64,000 nt of DNA from a virus (lineage: Duplodnaviria; Caudoviricetes): IMG/VR virus record IMGVR_UViG_3300044981_000214; one strand, written 5' to 3'. Numbering within the stretch: position 1 is the stretch's first letter; each line of letters starts with the position of its first letter. The position numbers and the translations under genes are program-made. Under the pieces are notes generated by a model that was not told the DNA's origin, made no database searches, and saw only the letters and a list, made by a program, of their open reading frames with translations. Positions 9,911 to 16,123 of the stretch are shown piece by piece.

Positions 9911-9985
9911 GTCGCTGTAGCCCAAATGACAGAGGCAGACTGTACTGAGCAGTTCTAAGTGTTGGTAGAAATCCAGCCGGCGACC
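9911..9985 (+). tRNA. Atypical tRNA-like gene (nominal anticodon CTG; A33; T-loop TAGAAAT; C73)
   Basis: All four stems pair but the loops are non-canonical. Confidence 0.6.
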
Positions 9986-9991
9986 TTTTTA

Positions 9992-10020
9992 TTGACTTAT
10001 GACAACCAATCTCGTAGTCT
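9992..10020 (+). promoter_or_regulatory. Sigma70-like promoter
   Basis: TTGACT-N17-TAGTCT. Confidence 0.6.
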
Positions 10021-10082
10021 GTTAAATCGTTACCTCTATGATGTTACTGTTCTCGCTATCCTCCCGATCTCGATCAAGTAGT

Positions 10083-10109
10083 AGTCGATCGTAAAGTTTA
10101 CGATCGACT
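10083..10109. repeat. 27-bp palindrome
   Basis: AGTCGATCGTAAA-G-TTTACGATCGACT. Confidence 0.85.
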
Positions 10110-10128
10110 CCTTGATTCGTTGTGTTTT

Positions 10129-10213
10129 GGCGAGTTAGGCCGGCGTGGTGCCGGCAGCGGTCCTGAAAATCGCGTGCCCTTAATCGGGTCGGGTTCAACT
10201 CCTAAACTCGCCG
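10129..10213 (+). tRNA. tRNA-Ser(TGA), non-canonical 8/4-like fold
   Basis: GGCGAGTT/AACTCGCC 8-bp acceptor; 6-bp D stem; loop cctgaaa; long variable arm; G73. Confidence 0.75.
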
Positions 10214-10218
10214 CGAAT

Positions 10219-10306
10219 GGAAGATGAAGCTAGCTGTGGAGCTGCCACGCATTGCTAATGCGATGGACCCTTAACTGCGGTTACCGTTCGACTCGGTCTT
10301 CTTCCG
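10219..10306 (+). tRNA. tRNA-Ser(GCT), 8/4 fold
   Basis: GGAAGATG/CTTCTTCC acceptor (one U-U); 4-bp T stem ACCG/CGGT; loop ttgctaa; G73. Confidence 0.75.
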
Positions 10307-10318
10307 CAAAGAAAAAAG

Positions 10319-10347
10319 TTGACGTTCGATCGTCGACCGTGTAGTCT
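10319..10347 (+). promoter_or_regulatory. Sigma70-like promoter of the main tRNA operon
   Basis: TTGACG-N17-TAGTCT; spacer contains TCGATCGTCGA. Confidence 0.65.
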
Positions 10348-10355
10348 CAATTTAA

Positions 10356-10380
10356 CGGGGTGCAGCCCGATAACTGCAAC
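10356..10380. repeat. Left arm of a 25-bp long-range inverted repeat
   Basis: CGGGGTGCAGCCCGATAACTGCAAC is the exact reverse complement of 15627-15651. Confidence 0.95.
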
Positions 10381-10694
10381 ATTGGATAGCTCAACGTCAT
10401 GTTAACCCAACCGACACATACCCAGAAACCCATAGATGCAGGGATGCGCCTAGGCTGGGTGTGGTCTATCGTCGATATAGCTGACGATATAAAGGCAGAT
10501 AGCACAAAGACAGGTACAAGGATCGAGTATATCGCCGGACATGCCCCTAGTATCTTCTTTAACTGCCCACAAACAGAAAGTACGAAGCGCCACAATCCCT
10601 GGAGGGCCCTCAAACGTTAATCTCGGCTTAATAAATAGCCAGAACGCTTGGGGGCCCTAGAAGGATAGAAGACTTCTGGGGCTTTCTGCATTTT
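10356..10694 (+). ncRNA. Structured leader RNA of the tRNA operon with alternative terminator/antiterminator hairpins
   Basis: Multiple stems (CACATACCCAG/CTGGGTGTG, TATCGTC/GACGATA, GGCAG/CTGCC); hairpins 10603-10658 and 10654-10682 overlap. Confidence 0.55.
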
Positions 10695-10778
10695 GGGACT
10701 TTAGACCGGCATGGTTCCGGGGCGCTCTGTAAAAGCGATGTCTATAAGACCGTGATTGTTCGATTCAATCAAGTCCCA
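10695..10778 (+). tRNA. tRNA-Tyr(GTA)
   Basis: Loop ctgtaaa; long variable arm; A73. Confidence 0.85.
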
Positions 10779-10856
10779 CGCTGAACAACCAACTTACCAA
10801 AAGGAGAAATAAACGATGCGACTCAAACGTATGCCACAGGACAGCAGCAAGAATAT

Positions 10857-10928
10857 GGGTCTGTGGCGTAACAGTAGCGTGCCGGGCTTTTACCCCGTGC
10901 GGTGAGAGTGCGAATCTCTCCAGACTCA
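10857..10928 (+). tRNA. tRNA-Lys(TTT)
   Basis: Loop cttttac. Confidence 0.85.
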
Positions 10929-10937
10929 CTAAGTAAT

Positions 10938-11009
10938 TCGGGCTTCGTTCAATTGGTAGAACATCAGATTCTGAACCTGAAAATGGGAGTTCGATCCTCT
11001 CAGCCCGAA
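10938..11009 (+). tRNA. tRNA-Gln(CTG)
   Basis: Loop ttctgaa; U1-A72. Confidence 0.88.
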
Positions 11010-11110
11010 CCGAAATGTTAATCAGCTTCTGATTAACAATATGACAAAAGAATAGTTGACGACGATTTAGACGCGAACACGTTTGAAACTTTCAGACGCG
11101 TTCGCAAATT

Positions 11111-11183
11111 GCCCTGTTAGCAAATCTAGTGATTGCGGTGAGCTGAAGCCTCACAAAGATTGGTGCGAATCCAGTGCAGGGCG
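11111..11183 (+). tRNA. tRNA-Phe(GAA)
   Basis: GTGAG-ctgaagc-CTCAC. Confidence 0.85.
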
Positions 11184-11192
11184 CGTTAAAAT

Positions 11193-11265
11193 GCCTCCGT
11201 CGCTAAGCAGTCAAGGCAGCCGACTCTTAATCGGAAGACCGTAGGTGCGACTCCTACCGGAGGCA
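11193..11265 (+). tRNA. tRNA-Lys(CTT)
   Basis: Loop ctcttaa. Confidence 0.9.
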
Positions 11266-11275
11266 CGGTAAATTT

Positions 11276-11351
11276 CAGGGTGTAGCTCAGCCTGGTAGAG
11301 CACCTGCCTTGGGCGCAGGGGGTTTCGCTGGTTCAAATCCAGTCACCCTGA
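11276..11351 (+). tRNA. tRNA-Pro(TGG)
   Basis: CCTGC-cttgggc-GCAGG; C1-G72. Confidence 0.92.
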
Positions 11352-11361
11352 CGAAACACAA

Positions 11362-11505
11362 AGGGCGCCGAGAGCCCTGCTAGTAAATAAGAGTAGTGGG
11401 CGCGAGTTCAATACTTTTATAGTGCGCAACTAGCAAACGTTGAGGCGTGGCAGCACACTTAAGGTGCAATTGCTGAATAAGCAAGTCGGGCTGAGACGAC
11501 TCGGA
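11362..11505 (+). ncRNA. Unknown structured RNA in a tRNA spacer
   Basis: AGGGC/GCCCT, TGCTAGT/ACTAGCA, CAGCA/TGCTG, GTCG/CGAC stems. Confidence 0.45.
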
Positions 11506-11515
11506 AGCTTTTTCT

Positions 11516-11586
11516 GCAGGTAAGGCCGACTGGCGAGGCATCGCGTTGCCAACGCGAACAGACGGATCCGATTTCCGTTACCTGCT
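11516..11586 (+). tRNA. tRNA-Gly(GCC)
   Basis: TCGCG-ttgccaa-CGCGA; U73. Confidence 0.88.
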
Positions 11587-11587
11587 C

Positions 11588-11687
11588 TAGAGGATATGAC
11601 ACAGGCTCCATATAAACGTGTGGAGAATGTTGGGGCTATAGTAGCGTTCGACCCAATCCAATTGACGGGATTTAGTCGTATCCTCTA
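11588..11687 (+). ncRNA. Unknown four-way-junction RNA closed by a 13-bp stem
   Basis: TAGAGGATATGAC/GTCGTATCCTCTA enclosing CTCCA/TGGAG, TTGGG/CCCAA, TCC/GGA. Confidence 0.55.
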
Positions 11688-11694
11688 ATATTCG

Positions 11695-11844
11695 GCCTAA
11701 ACTGATCGCGAATAGCGCTCCAGTCTAAGCCTACCGAGCTGGTAGACCTTGGTATACGTTCTACTCCTCCTTATGAGGACAGTCCGACTCCTGACGTAAT
11801 AGGAGTAGAGTATGATAGCTATAATAAGCTCTGGCTGCATACTC
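11695..11844 (+). ncRNA. Unknown structured RNA in a tRNA spacer
   Basis: CTACC/GGTAG, TCTACTCCT/AGGAGTAGA, GAGTATG/CATACTC stems. Confidence 0.45.
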
Positions 11845-11860
11845 GATTACTTGATTTATC

Positions 11861-11934
11861 GGACCTGTAGCACAACGGTTTAGTGCAATCGATTCGTAAT
11901 CGATAGGTTGTCAGTTCAATCCTGATCAGGTCCT
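11861..11934 (+). tRNA. tRNA-Thr(CGT)
   Basis: ATCGA-ttcgtaa-TCGAT. Confidence 0.88.
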
Positions 11935-11941
11935 CGATTAA

Positions 11942-12013
11942 GCCCGTATAGCACAGCGATAGTGCGAAGGTCCTGTAAACCTTAGGTCGCAGGTTTGAAT
12001 CCTGCTGCGGGCT
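11942..12013 (+). tRNA. tRNA-Thr(TGT)
   Basis: AAGGT-cctgtaa-ACCTT (C33). Confidence 0.85.
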
Positions 12014-12017
12014 CTGA

Positions 12018-12083
12018 AGGAAGATTCTACTGAGACGTTTACGTCTTGGGAGTGAGGCCGTTAGCGGCTTCCGGGATCTTCTT
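12018..12083 (+). ncRNA. Unknown three-way-junction RNA
   Basis: GGAAGATTC/GGATCTTCT closing AGACG/CGTCT and GGCCG/CGGCT hairpins. Confidence 0.45.
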
Positions 12084-12155
12084 GGGCTCTAAGCAAACTG
12101 GTGATGCGGCGGTCCGTTAAACCGTGATAGCTGAGTTCGATCCTCAGAGAGCCCG
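12084..12155 (+). tRNA. tRNA-Asn(GTT) copy 1
   Basis: GCGGT-ccgttaa-ACCGT (C33); G1-C72; G73. Confidence 0.85.
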
Positions 12156-12162
12156 CGATTAT

Positions 12163-12235
12163 TCCAGGAAAGGCAAATCGGTTCGCCGGGTAGCTGTTAC
12201 CTACTTGATTGCAGATTCGAGTTCTGCTCCTGGAG
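12163..12235 (+). tRNA. tRNA-Asn(GTT) copy 2
   Basis: GGTAG-ctgttac-CTACT; U1-A72; G73. Confidence 0.85.
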
Positions 12236-12243
12236 CAATGAAT

Positions 12244-12315
12244 GCGGGTGTAGCCTAGTGGTCAGGCATCAGATTTCCAATCTGACTCACGCGTGTTCGA
12301 TCCACGTCGCCCGCT
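12244..12315 (+). tRNA. tRNA-Gly(TCC)
   Basis: TCAGA-tttccaa-TCTGA; U73. Confidence 0.9.
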
Positions 12316-12327
12316 CAATGAAAGTTA

Positions 12328-12411
12328 GTATCGCCACGAAGATAAATCTTAATGGTGCAGCCTGGTATGGTGCATAGTAGCCTCTCATCGATATGTAAGT
12401 CAGGCCGATAC
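12328..12411 (+). ncRNA. Unknown structured RNA
   Basis: GTATCG/CGATAC closing; GCCTG/CAGGC; AAGAT/ATCTT. Confidence 0.4.
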
Positions 12412-12423
12412 AAACGCATTAAT

Positions 12424-12496
12424 GCACACGAGGTCCATTGGGATGGACGCTGTCTCGACAAGACAGTTGAAGTGTGTCCGATTCACACCGTGTGTA
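12424..12496 (+). tRNA. tRNA-Val(GAC)
   Basis: CTGTC-tcgacaa-GACAG (C33); A73. Confidence 0.82.
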
Positions 12497-12501
12497 CGCA
12501 A

Positions 12502-12574
12502 GCCTGGGATGTGAGGCCGCGTGTCCCAGTTTCGAGTTAAAAGCTCGGCAAGGAGTCAATGACTCAAACGAGGC
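12502..12574 (+). ncRNA. Unknown multi-hairpin RNA
   Basis: CTGGGA/TCCCAG, CGAG/CTCG, GAGTC/GACTC hairpins; GCCT/AGGC ends. Confidence 0.4.
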
Positions 12575-12580
12575 CCCAAT

Positions 12581-12654
12581 GCCCTGTTAGTCTATTTGGT
12601 TGACGACGCAATGTTCTCAACATTGAGAGTGGAGTTCAAACCTCCAACAGGGTA
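12581..12654 (+). tRNA. tRNA-Glu(CTC)
   Basis: CAATG-ttctcaa-CATTG. Confidence 0.88.
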
Positions 12655-12661
12655 CGAAATA

Positions 12662-12735
12662 GGTTCCATAGCTCAATGGATCAGAGCGCCTCGCTACGGA
12701 CGAGGAGGTTAGAGGTTCGAGTCCTCTTGGAATCA
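12662..12735 (+). tRNA. tRNA-Arg(ACG)
   Basis: CCTCG-ctacgga-CGAGG. Confidence 0.92.
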
Positions 12736-12739
12736 CTAC

Positions 12740-12808
12740 GGTGCTTGTGTACGTGGGCAGACCCTATTGCCGTCCCACCGGCAGTAGGATTTCTGGTACG
12801 TGAGCGCC
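12740..12808 (+). ncRNA. Long imperfect hairpin RNA
   Basis: GGTGCTTGTGTAC/GTACGTGAGCGCC and CCTATTGCCG/CGGCAGTAGG. Confidence 0.5.
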
Positions 12809-12812
12809 TTTT

Positions 12813-12885
12813 ATGGGTGTAGTTCAATTGGCAGAATGTCCGTCTCCAAAACGGAAGATTGCAGGTTCAAATCCTGCCGCCCATG
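12813..12885 (+). tRNA. tRNA-Trp(CCA)
   Basis: TCCGT-ctccaaa-ACGGA; G73. Confidence 0.92.
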
Positions 12886-12916
12886 CCGCGACAATCAGGG
12901 GATCTGGACGACTCGC

Positions 12917-13219
12917 TCATATCGAGTTCGGGGTGCTGTTCGAGTCAGCCTGTCGCGACTCAGCCTTTCCCTCGCTTCTTCGCAACGCGAGTCGGCACCC
13001 CAAGTAGTACCCAACAGCACTCGGTATCGCGTACAGGATAGACTCTTGAACCGAGATGTAAACACCAAGAAGTCCAACCAAGTAGCAGCAAGACGACCAT
13101 ACACCAGCTTGGTGAGCTAGTTTGGCTGTTACTGCCTGTTGATAGCGCACTAGCGCATAGTCTAGGGCAGCAGCAGCCACTAAACAAGCAATAGCCAGTA
13201 AAACGCAATCCCATCGCAC
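12917..13219 (-). CDS. Small multi-pass membrane protein antisense within the tRNA array
   Basis: Three hydrophobic segments; ...YAIPSAVGYYLGCRLAL. Confidence 0.55.
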   Translation of the reverse strand: MRWDCVLLAIACLVAAAALDYALVRYQQAVTAKLAHQAGVWSSCCYLVGLLGVYISVQESILYAIPSAVGYYLGCRLALRRSEGKAESRQADSNSTPNSI

Positions 13220-13311
13220 AACGATGCCAGCATAGCACGAGCAAGGACTAAACTACTCCGTATGCGAAAGTTACACAAAAAAGCTTGATTCTTGTGTAGG
13301 ATTCTCACTCG

Positions 13312-13698
13312 ATGCCCCTCACAGATGAGAAGCGTCGAGATCAACTAGCTCGCTATGCAAAGAAGCAACGTGCTCGCTATGCAAAGGATCGAAATAAGTA
13401 CCGGCAGATAAAGAATCGTTCACGAAATAAACGAGCAAAGGTGAAACGAGCCCTCTTGGTAGAAGCCAAAAGAGTTGGCTGTCAAGATTGCAAAAATGAA
13501 TTCAGACCGTGGGTACTTCAGTTTGATCATGTCAGGGGTAGTAAGCTTTGCAATGTCACAGATATGGTTTGGGGGTTTTCTGTAGAGCGGATCAAAGAGG
13601 AAATTTCAAAATGCCGTGTTTTATGTGCCAATTGCCACTCTGACAAGACTCACAAACAGAGGAAGAAAAAGTTCAAACGGGGTGTAGCTCAGGAGTAG
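13312..13698 (+). CDS. HNH endonuclease
   Basis: CQDC...LQFDHV...KCRVLCANCH; stop codon lies inside tRNA-Pro(CGG). Confidence 0.85.
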   Translation: MPLTDEKRRDQLARYAKKQRARYAKDRNKYRQIKNRSRNKRAKVKRALLVEAKRVGCQDCKNEFRPWVLQFDHVRGSKLCNVTDMVWGFSVERIKEEISKCRVLCANCHSDKTHKQRKKKFKRGVAQE

Positions 13699-13749
13699 AG
13701 CGCTTGGCCCGGGACCAAGAGGCCTTTGGTGCGATCCCAAATACCCCGA
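13678..13749 (+). tRNA. tRNA-Pro(CGG)
   Basis: CTTGG-cccggga-CCAAG (C33). Confidence 0.88.
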
Positions 13750-13757
13750 CTAAATTT

Positions 13758-13831
13758 GCTGGGCGAGCAAGCTGGTGACCGCAGTGGTATTACAAACCAC
13801 CCTATGCAGAGTTCGATTCTCTGGCTCAGCA
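13758..13831 (+). tRNA. tRNA-Val(TAC)
   Basis: GTGGT-attacaa-ACCAC. Confidence 0.85.
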
Positions 13832-13841
13832 CTTTCTATAT

Positions 13842-13914
13842 AGGACTGTAGCTCACTTGGAAGAGCGCATGGTTGATAACCGTGAGGTAGTTGGATCGTA
13901 ACCAACCAGTCCTA
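13842..13914 (+). tRNA. tRNA-Ile(GAT)
   Basis: CATGG-ttgataa-CCGTG. Confidence 0.88.
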
Positions 13915-13932
13915 CAAATGTGGTCAGACTAC

Positions 13933-14007
13933 GGGCCTCTAGTTCAACGGTAGAACGTCTGCCTTATTAGCGGAATGTTGAGGGTTCAAATCCTTCGGGG
14001 CCTACCA
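13933..14007 (+). tRNA. tRNA-Ile(TAT)
   Basis: TCTGC-cttatta-GCGGA; encoded ACCA end. Confidence 0.82.
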
Positions 14008-14017
14008 AGTGTTTCAT

Positions 14018-14091
14018 GGTGTATGTGGCCGTCTAGTGAAGGCGCTGGTTTGTGGCACCAGTTTAGGTGGGTGCAATCCCCATCGTACACC
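14018..14091 (+). tRNA. tRNA-His(GTG)
   Basis: CTGGT-ttgtggc-ACCAG; G-1:C73. Confidence 0.9.
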
Positions 14092-14131
14092 CGAAGGAGG
14101 TATGATTAACTAATCAAGGAGAATTGATGTC

Positions 14132-14665
14132 ATGGAGGTAGCGCAGCATAGGACACTAGTTTTGAGCCAAGGCTTTGAGCCAATAAAAGTCGTTCCCTGG
14201 ACTAGGGCTATAACCCTTCTATTTTTAGGGAAGGCCGAGGTTATTGAGACTTATGATCGCAACATTAAAACAACCTCATTGGTGATCAAGATGCCTGCTG
14301 TTGTGCGCTTGCTCAGCGCCTTCAAGCGGTTCAAGAAGCCAGTTAAGTTTTCTAGAGTCTCTGTCTATGCACGTGATAACTTTCAATGTCAGTACTGCGG
14401 TAACCAGAAATCAATTGGAGAACTGACTTATGATCACGTGATTCCACGCTCTCGTGGAGGGGTGACTAACTGGACCAATGTATGTGCATCATGTGCGCCG
14501 TGTAACAAAAAGAAGGGGAATAGGACCCCGGAAGAGGCTGGTATGAAGTTGTTAAAGACTCCAGTACAGCCTGCAGCCATACCTGCTATTTCTATAGGAA
14601 TTAGTTACCACAAGATTCCTGAAATATGGGAAGGGTACTTAACCCACCTACGAGGTATGGGCTGA
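14132..14665 (+). CDS. HNH endonuclease (McrA-like)
   Basis: RDNFQCQYCG...LTYDHVIPRSRGG...CAPCNKKKGNRTPEEAGM; SD AAGGAG. Confidence 0.9.
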   Translation: MEVAQHRTLVLSQGFEPIKVVPWTRAITLLFLGKAEVIETYDRNIKTTSLVIKMPAVVRLLSAFKRFKKPVKFSRVSVYARDNFQCQYCGNQKSIGELTYDHVIPRSRGGVTNWTNVCASCAPCNKKKGNRTPEEAGMKLLKTPVQPAAIPAISIGISYHKIPEIWEGYLTHLRGMG

Positions 14666-14715
14666 ATAGATGCATTTTGTCTAACATACAGGATCGTGCT
14701 ACCTTCTCGTTTAAA

Positions 14716-15154
14716 ATGAACGAGAAGATTTGTTCAAAATGTGGAATCAATAAAACGCTTGACCAATATTACAAACATCCAAAAGGGAAAGACGGTTATC
14801 GTGGAGAGTGTAAGGAATGTTGTAAACCAGGCTGTGATGCTTGGCGGCAAGCTAACCCGGATAAATTCAAGGAAGCTACAAGAGCTACTGCAAGACGCAC
14901 GAATATACAGCGGTCCTATGGACTAACGGTAGAGCAGTACGATAAGTTGAGAGCCGAAAGTGACGGTAGATGTATGGTTATGTGCAAGGTGTAATCACAT
15001 GTTAGGTGCCGCACGGGACAAAATAGAGATCCTACTTAAGGCAGTAGAGTATTTAAATGGTGTTAGACCTGAATTGAGCATCAAGTTTGGTAAACCTGGA
15101 CGGTACAAAGACAAGAGGGCCTATAGGGTATTCGGTTCATTAGAAACGACTTAA
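14716..15154 (+). pseudogene. Endonuclease VII-like (His-Me) gene with internal deletion and frameshift
   Basis: CSKC...YGLTVEQYDKL...GRC in one frame and LCARCNHMLG.ARD...LLKAVEYL in another; the DH catalytic segment is absent. Confidence 0.7.
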
Positions 15155-15184
15155 TTTAAAGATGCAGCAACATGCTAATTTATT

Positions 15185-15256
15185 TGCTCGTGATGCGCCT
15201 GGGTGCGCAGCCCAGCTGTCCCCTGGGTGAGACGGATTCGATTTCCGTACGGGCCG
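15185..15256 (+). tRNA. tRNA-Asp(GTC)
   Basis: CCCAG-ctgtccc-CTGGG; G73. Confidence 0.82.
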
Positions 15257-15508
15257 CTAAGTAGATCTACGAATAGGAAAGCACAACTTCAACCTGTGGT
15301 TGATAACGGCGTCGGTGAAGTCATCACGGTACAGGGGACGACCGAGGCGAGTGACAAGGCAGCATAAACACAACATGCCTGACCGAGCCGGGTTAGCCTT
15401 CAGCCAAACGTCATCGTGTACCATGTAGTAGTGCCCGTACCCGGTGTCCATGCTGCAGTCCAGGCACGCGAACGCAACCTGGATTTCTTTCTTCGTCATT
15501 CTACGCAC
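15257..15508 (-). CDS. Small zinc-binding phage protein
   Basis: CLDC...YMVHDDVW...GMLCLCC..RLGRPL..DDF pattern. Confidence 0.7.
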   Translation of the reverse strand: MRRMTKKEIQVAFACLDCSMDTGYGHYYMVHDDVWLKANPARSGMLCLCCLVTRLGRPLYRDDFTDAVINHRLKLCFPIRRST

Positions 15509-15555
15509 AATTTCTAGACTAACTCACGAGCCATTAAAACACCTAGTCTTTATTT

Positions 15556-15625
15556 GGGCCAGCCCTCAGGAGGGAACACTGCCTTGCACGCAGAGTTGAG
15601 TGGGTGCGACTCTCCACCTGGTCCA
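15556..15625 (+). tRNA. tRNA-Ala(TGC) with reduced D arm
   Basis: G3:U70 pair; loop cttgcac; A73. Confidence 0.75.
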
Positions 15626-15626
15626 C

Positions 15627-15651
15627 GTTGCAGTTATCGGGCTGCACCCCG
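15627..15651. repeat. Right arm of the 25-bp long-range inverted repeat
   Basis: GTTGCAGTTATCGGGCTGCACCCCG. Confidence 0.95.
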
Positions 15652-15659
15652 GAACAGTA

Positions 15660-15754
15660 ATTTCGAGCCCTAACGTTAGGATTCAATCCTAATCTTGTAA
15701 AGAGAAATAGTAACGCCGCAATACACGTTTCAAACCTCGAAAGGGGCTCGAAAT
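15660..15754 (+). ncRNA. Structured RNA downstream of the right repeat arm
   Basis: ATTTCGAGCCC/GGGCTCGAAAT 11-bp closing stem; TTAGGAT/ATCCTAA hairpin. Confidence 0.5.
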
Positions 15755-15756
15755 GA

Positions 15757-15828
15757 TCGGGGATCGTCTAACTGGTAAGACGGCAGTCTTTGAAGCTGCT
15801 TATTTAAGTTCAAATCTTAATCCCCGAA
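15757..15828 (+). tRNA. tRNA-Gln(TTG)
   Basis: GCAGT-ctttgaa-GCTGC; U1-A72. Confidence 0.88.
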
Positions 15829-15832
15829 CCTT

Positions 15833-15904
15833 GACCAGCAAGCTAACCGGTTAAGCGTCCGTCTGCAAAACGGATACTATCGGGTTCAATTCCCGAGCTG
15901 GTTT
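15833..15904 (+). tRNA. tRNA-Cys(GCA)
   Basis: TCCGT-ctgcaaa-ACGGA; U73. Confidence 0.9.
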
Positions 15905-15912
15905 CTACTTAT

Positions 15913-15985
15913 GGCACCGTAGTCTAATGGATAGGGCAACTACCTTCTAAGTAGTAAAATACAGGTTCAAATCCTGTCGGTGTCA
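15913..15985 (+). tRNA. tRNA-Arg(TCT)
   Basis: ACTAC-cttctaa-GTAGT. Confidence 0.92.
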
Positions 15986-15992
15986 CTCGATT

Positions 15993-16065
15993 GGTCCCGT
16001 AGCCAAGCAGACAAGGCATGCGATTCCTAATCGCATTACCGCAGGTGCAATTCCTGCCGGGATCA
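15993..16065 (+). tRNA. tRNA-Arg(CCT)
   Basis: TGCGA-ttcctaa-TCGCA. Confidence 0.9.
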
Positions 16066-16123
16066 CCGAATCGTCGTCAACTATAAGCCTCTACACGGGG
16101 ATCGTGACCTGAGTTTCCGAAAT

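Noticed and set aside
10129-10306. Selenocysteine or stop-suppressor tRNA, or an alternative genetic code
   Set aside because: The anticodons are TGA and GCT (Ser); no TCA, CTA or TTA anticodon was found, and long genes are intact in the standard code
10356-10400. tmRNA (GGGG start and ATAACTGCAA resume-like context)
   Set aside because: No TTCGAC D loop, no T arm with CCA end and no tag ending in AA-stop
12740-12808. SRP 4.5S RNA
   Set aside because: It lacks the GGAA tetraloop and the conserved internal loops
9460-13120. ORF-track ORFs over the tRNA array (9460, 9692, 10347, 10399, 12352, 12800, 12813, 12859)
   Set aside because: They are shadow translations of tRNA or structured-RNA genes
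10044-15660. 9-nt complementarity TTACTGTTC/GAACAGTAA next to the right repeat arm
   Set aside because: Too short to distinguish from chance
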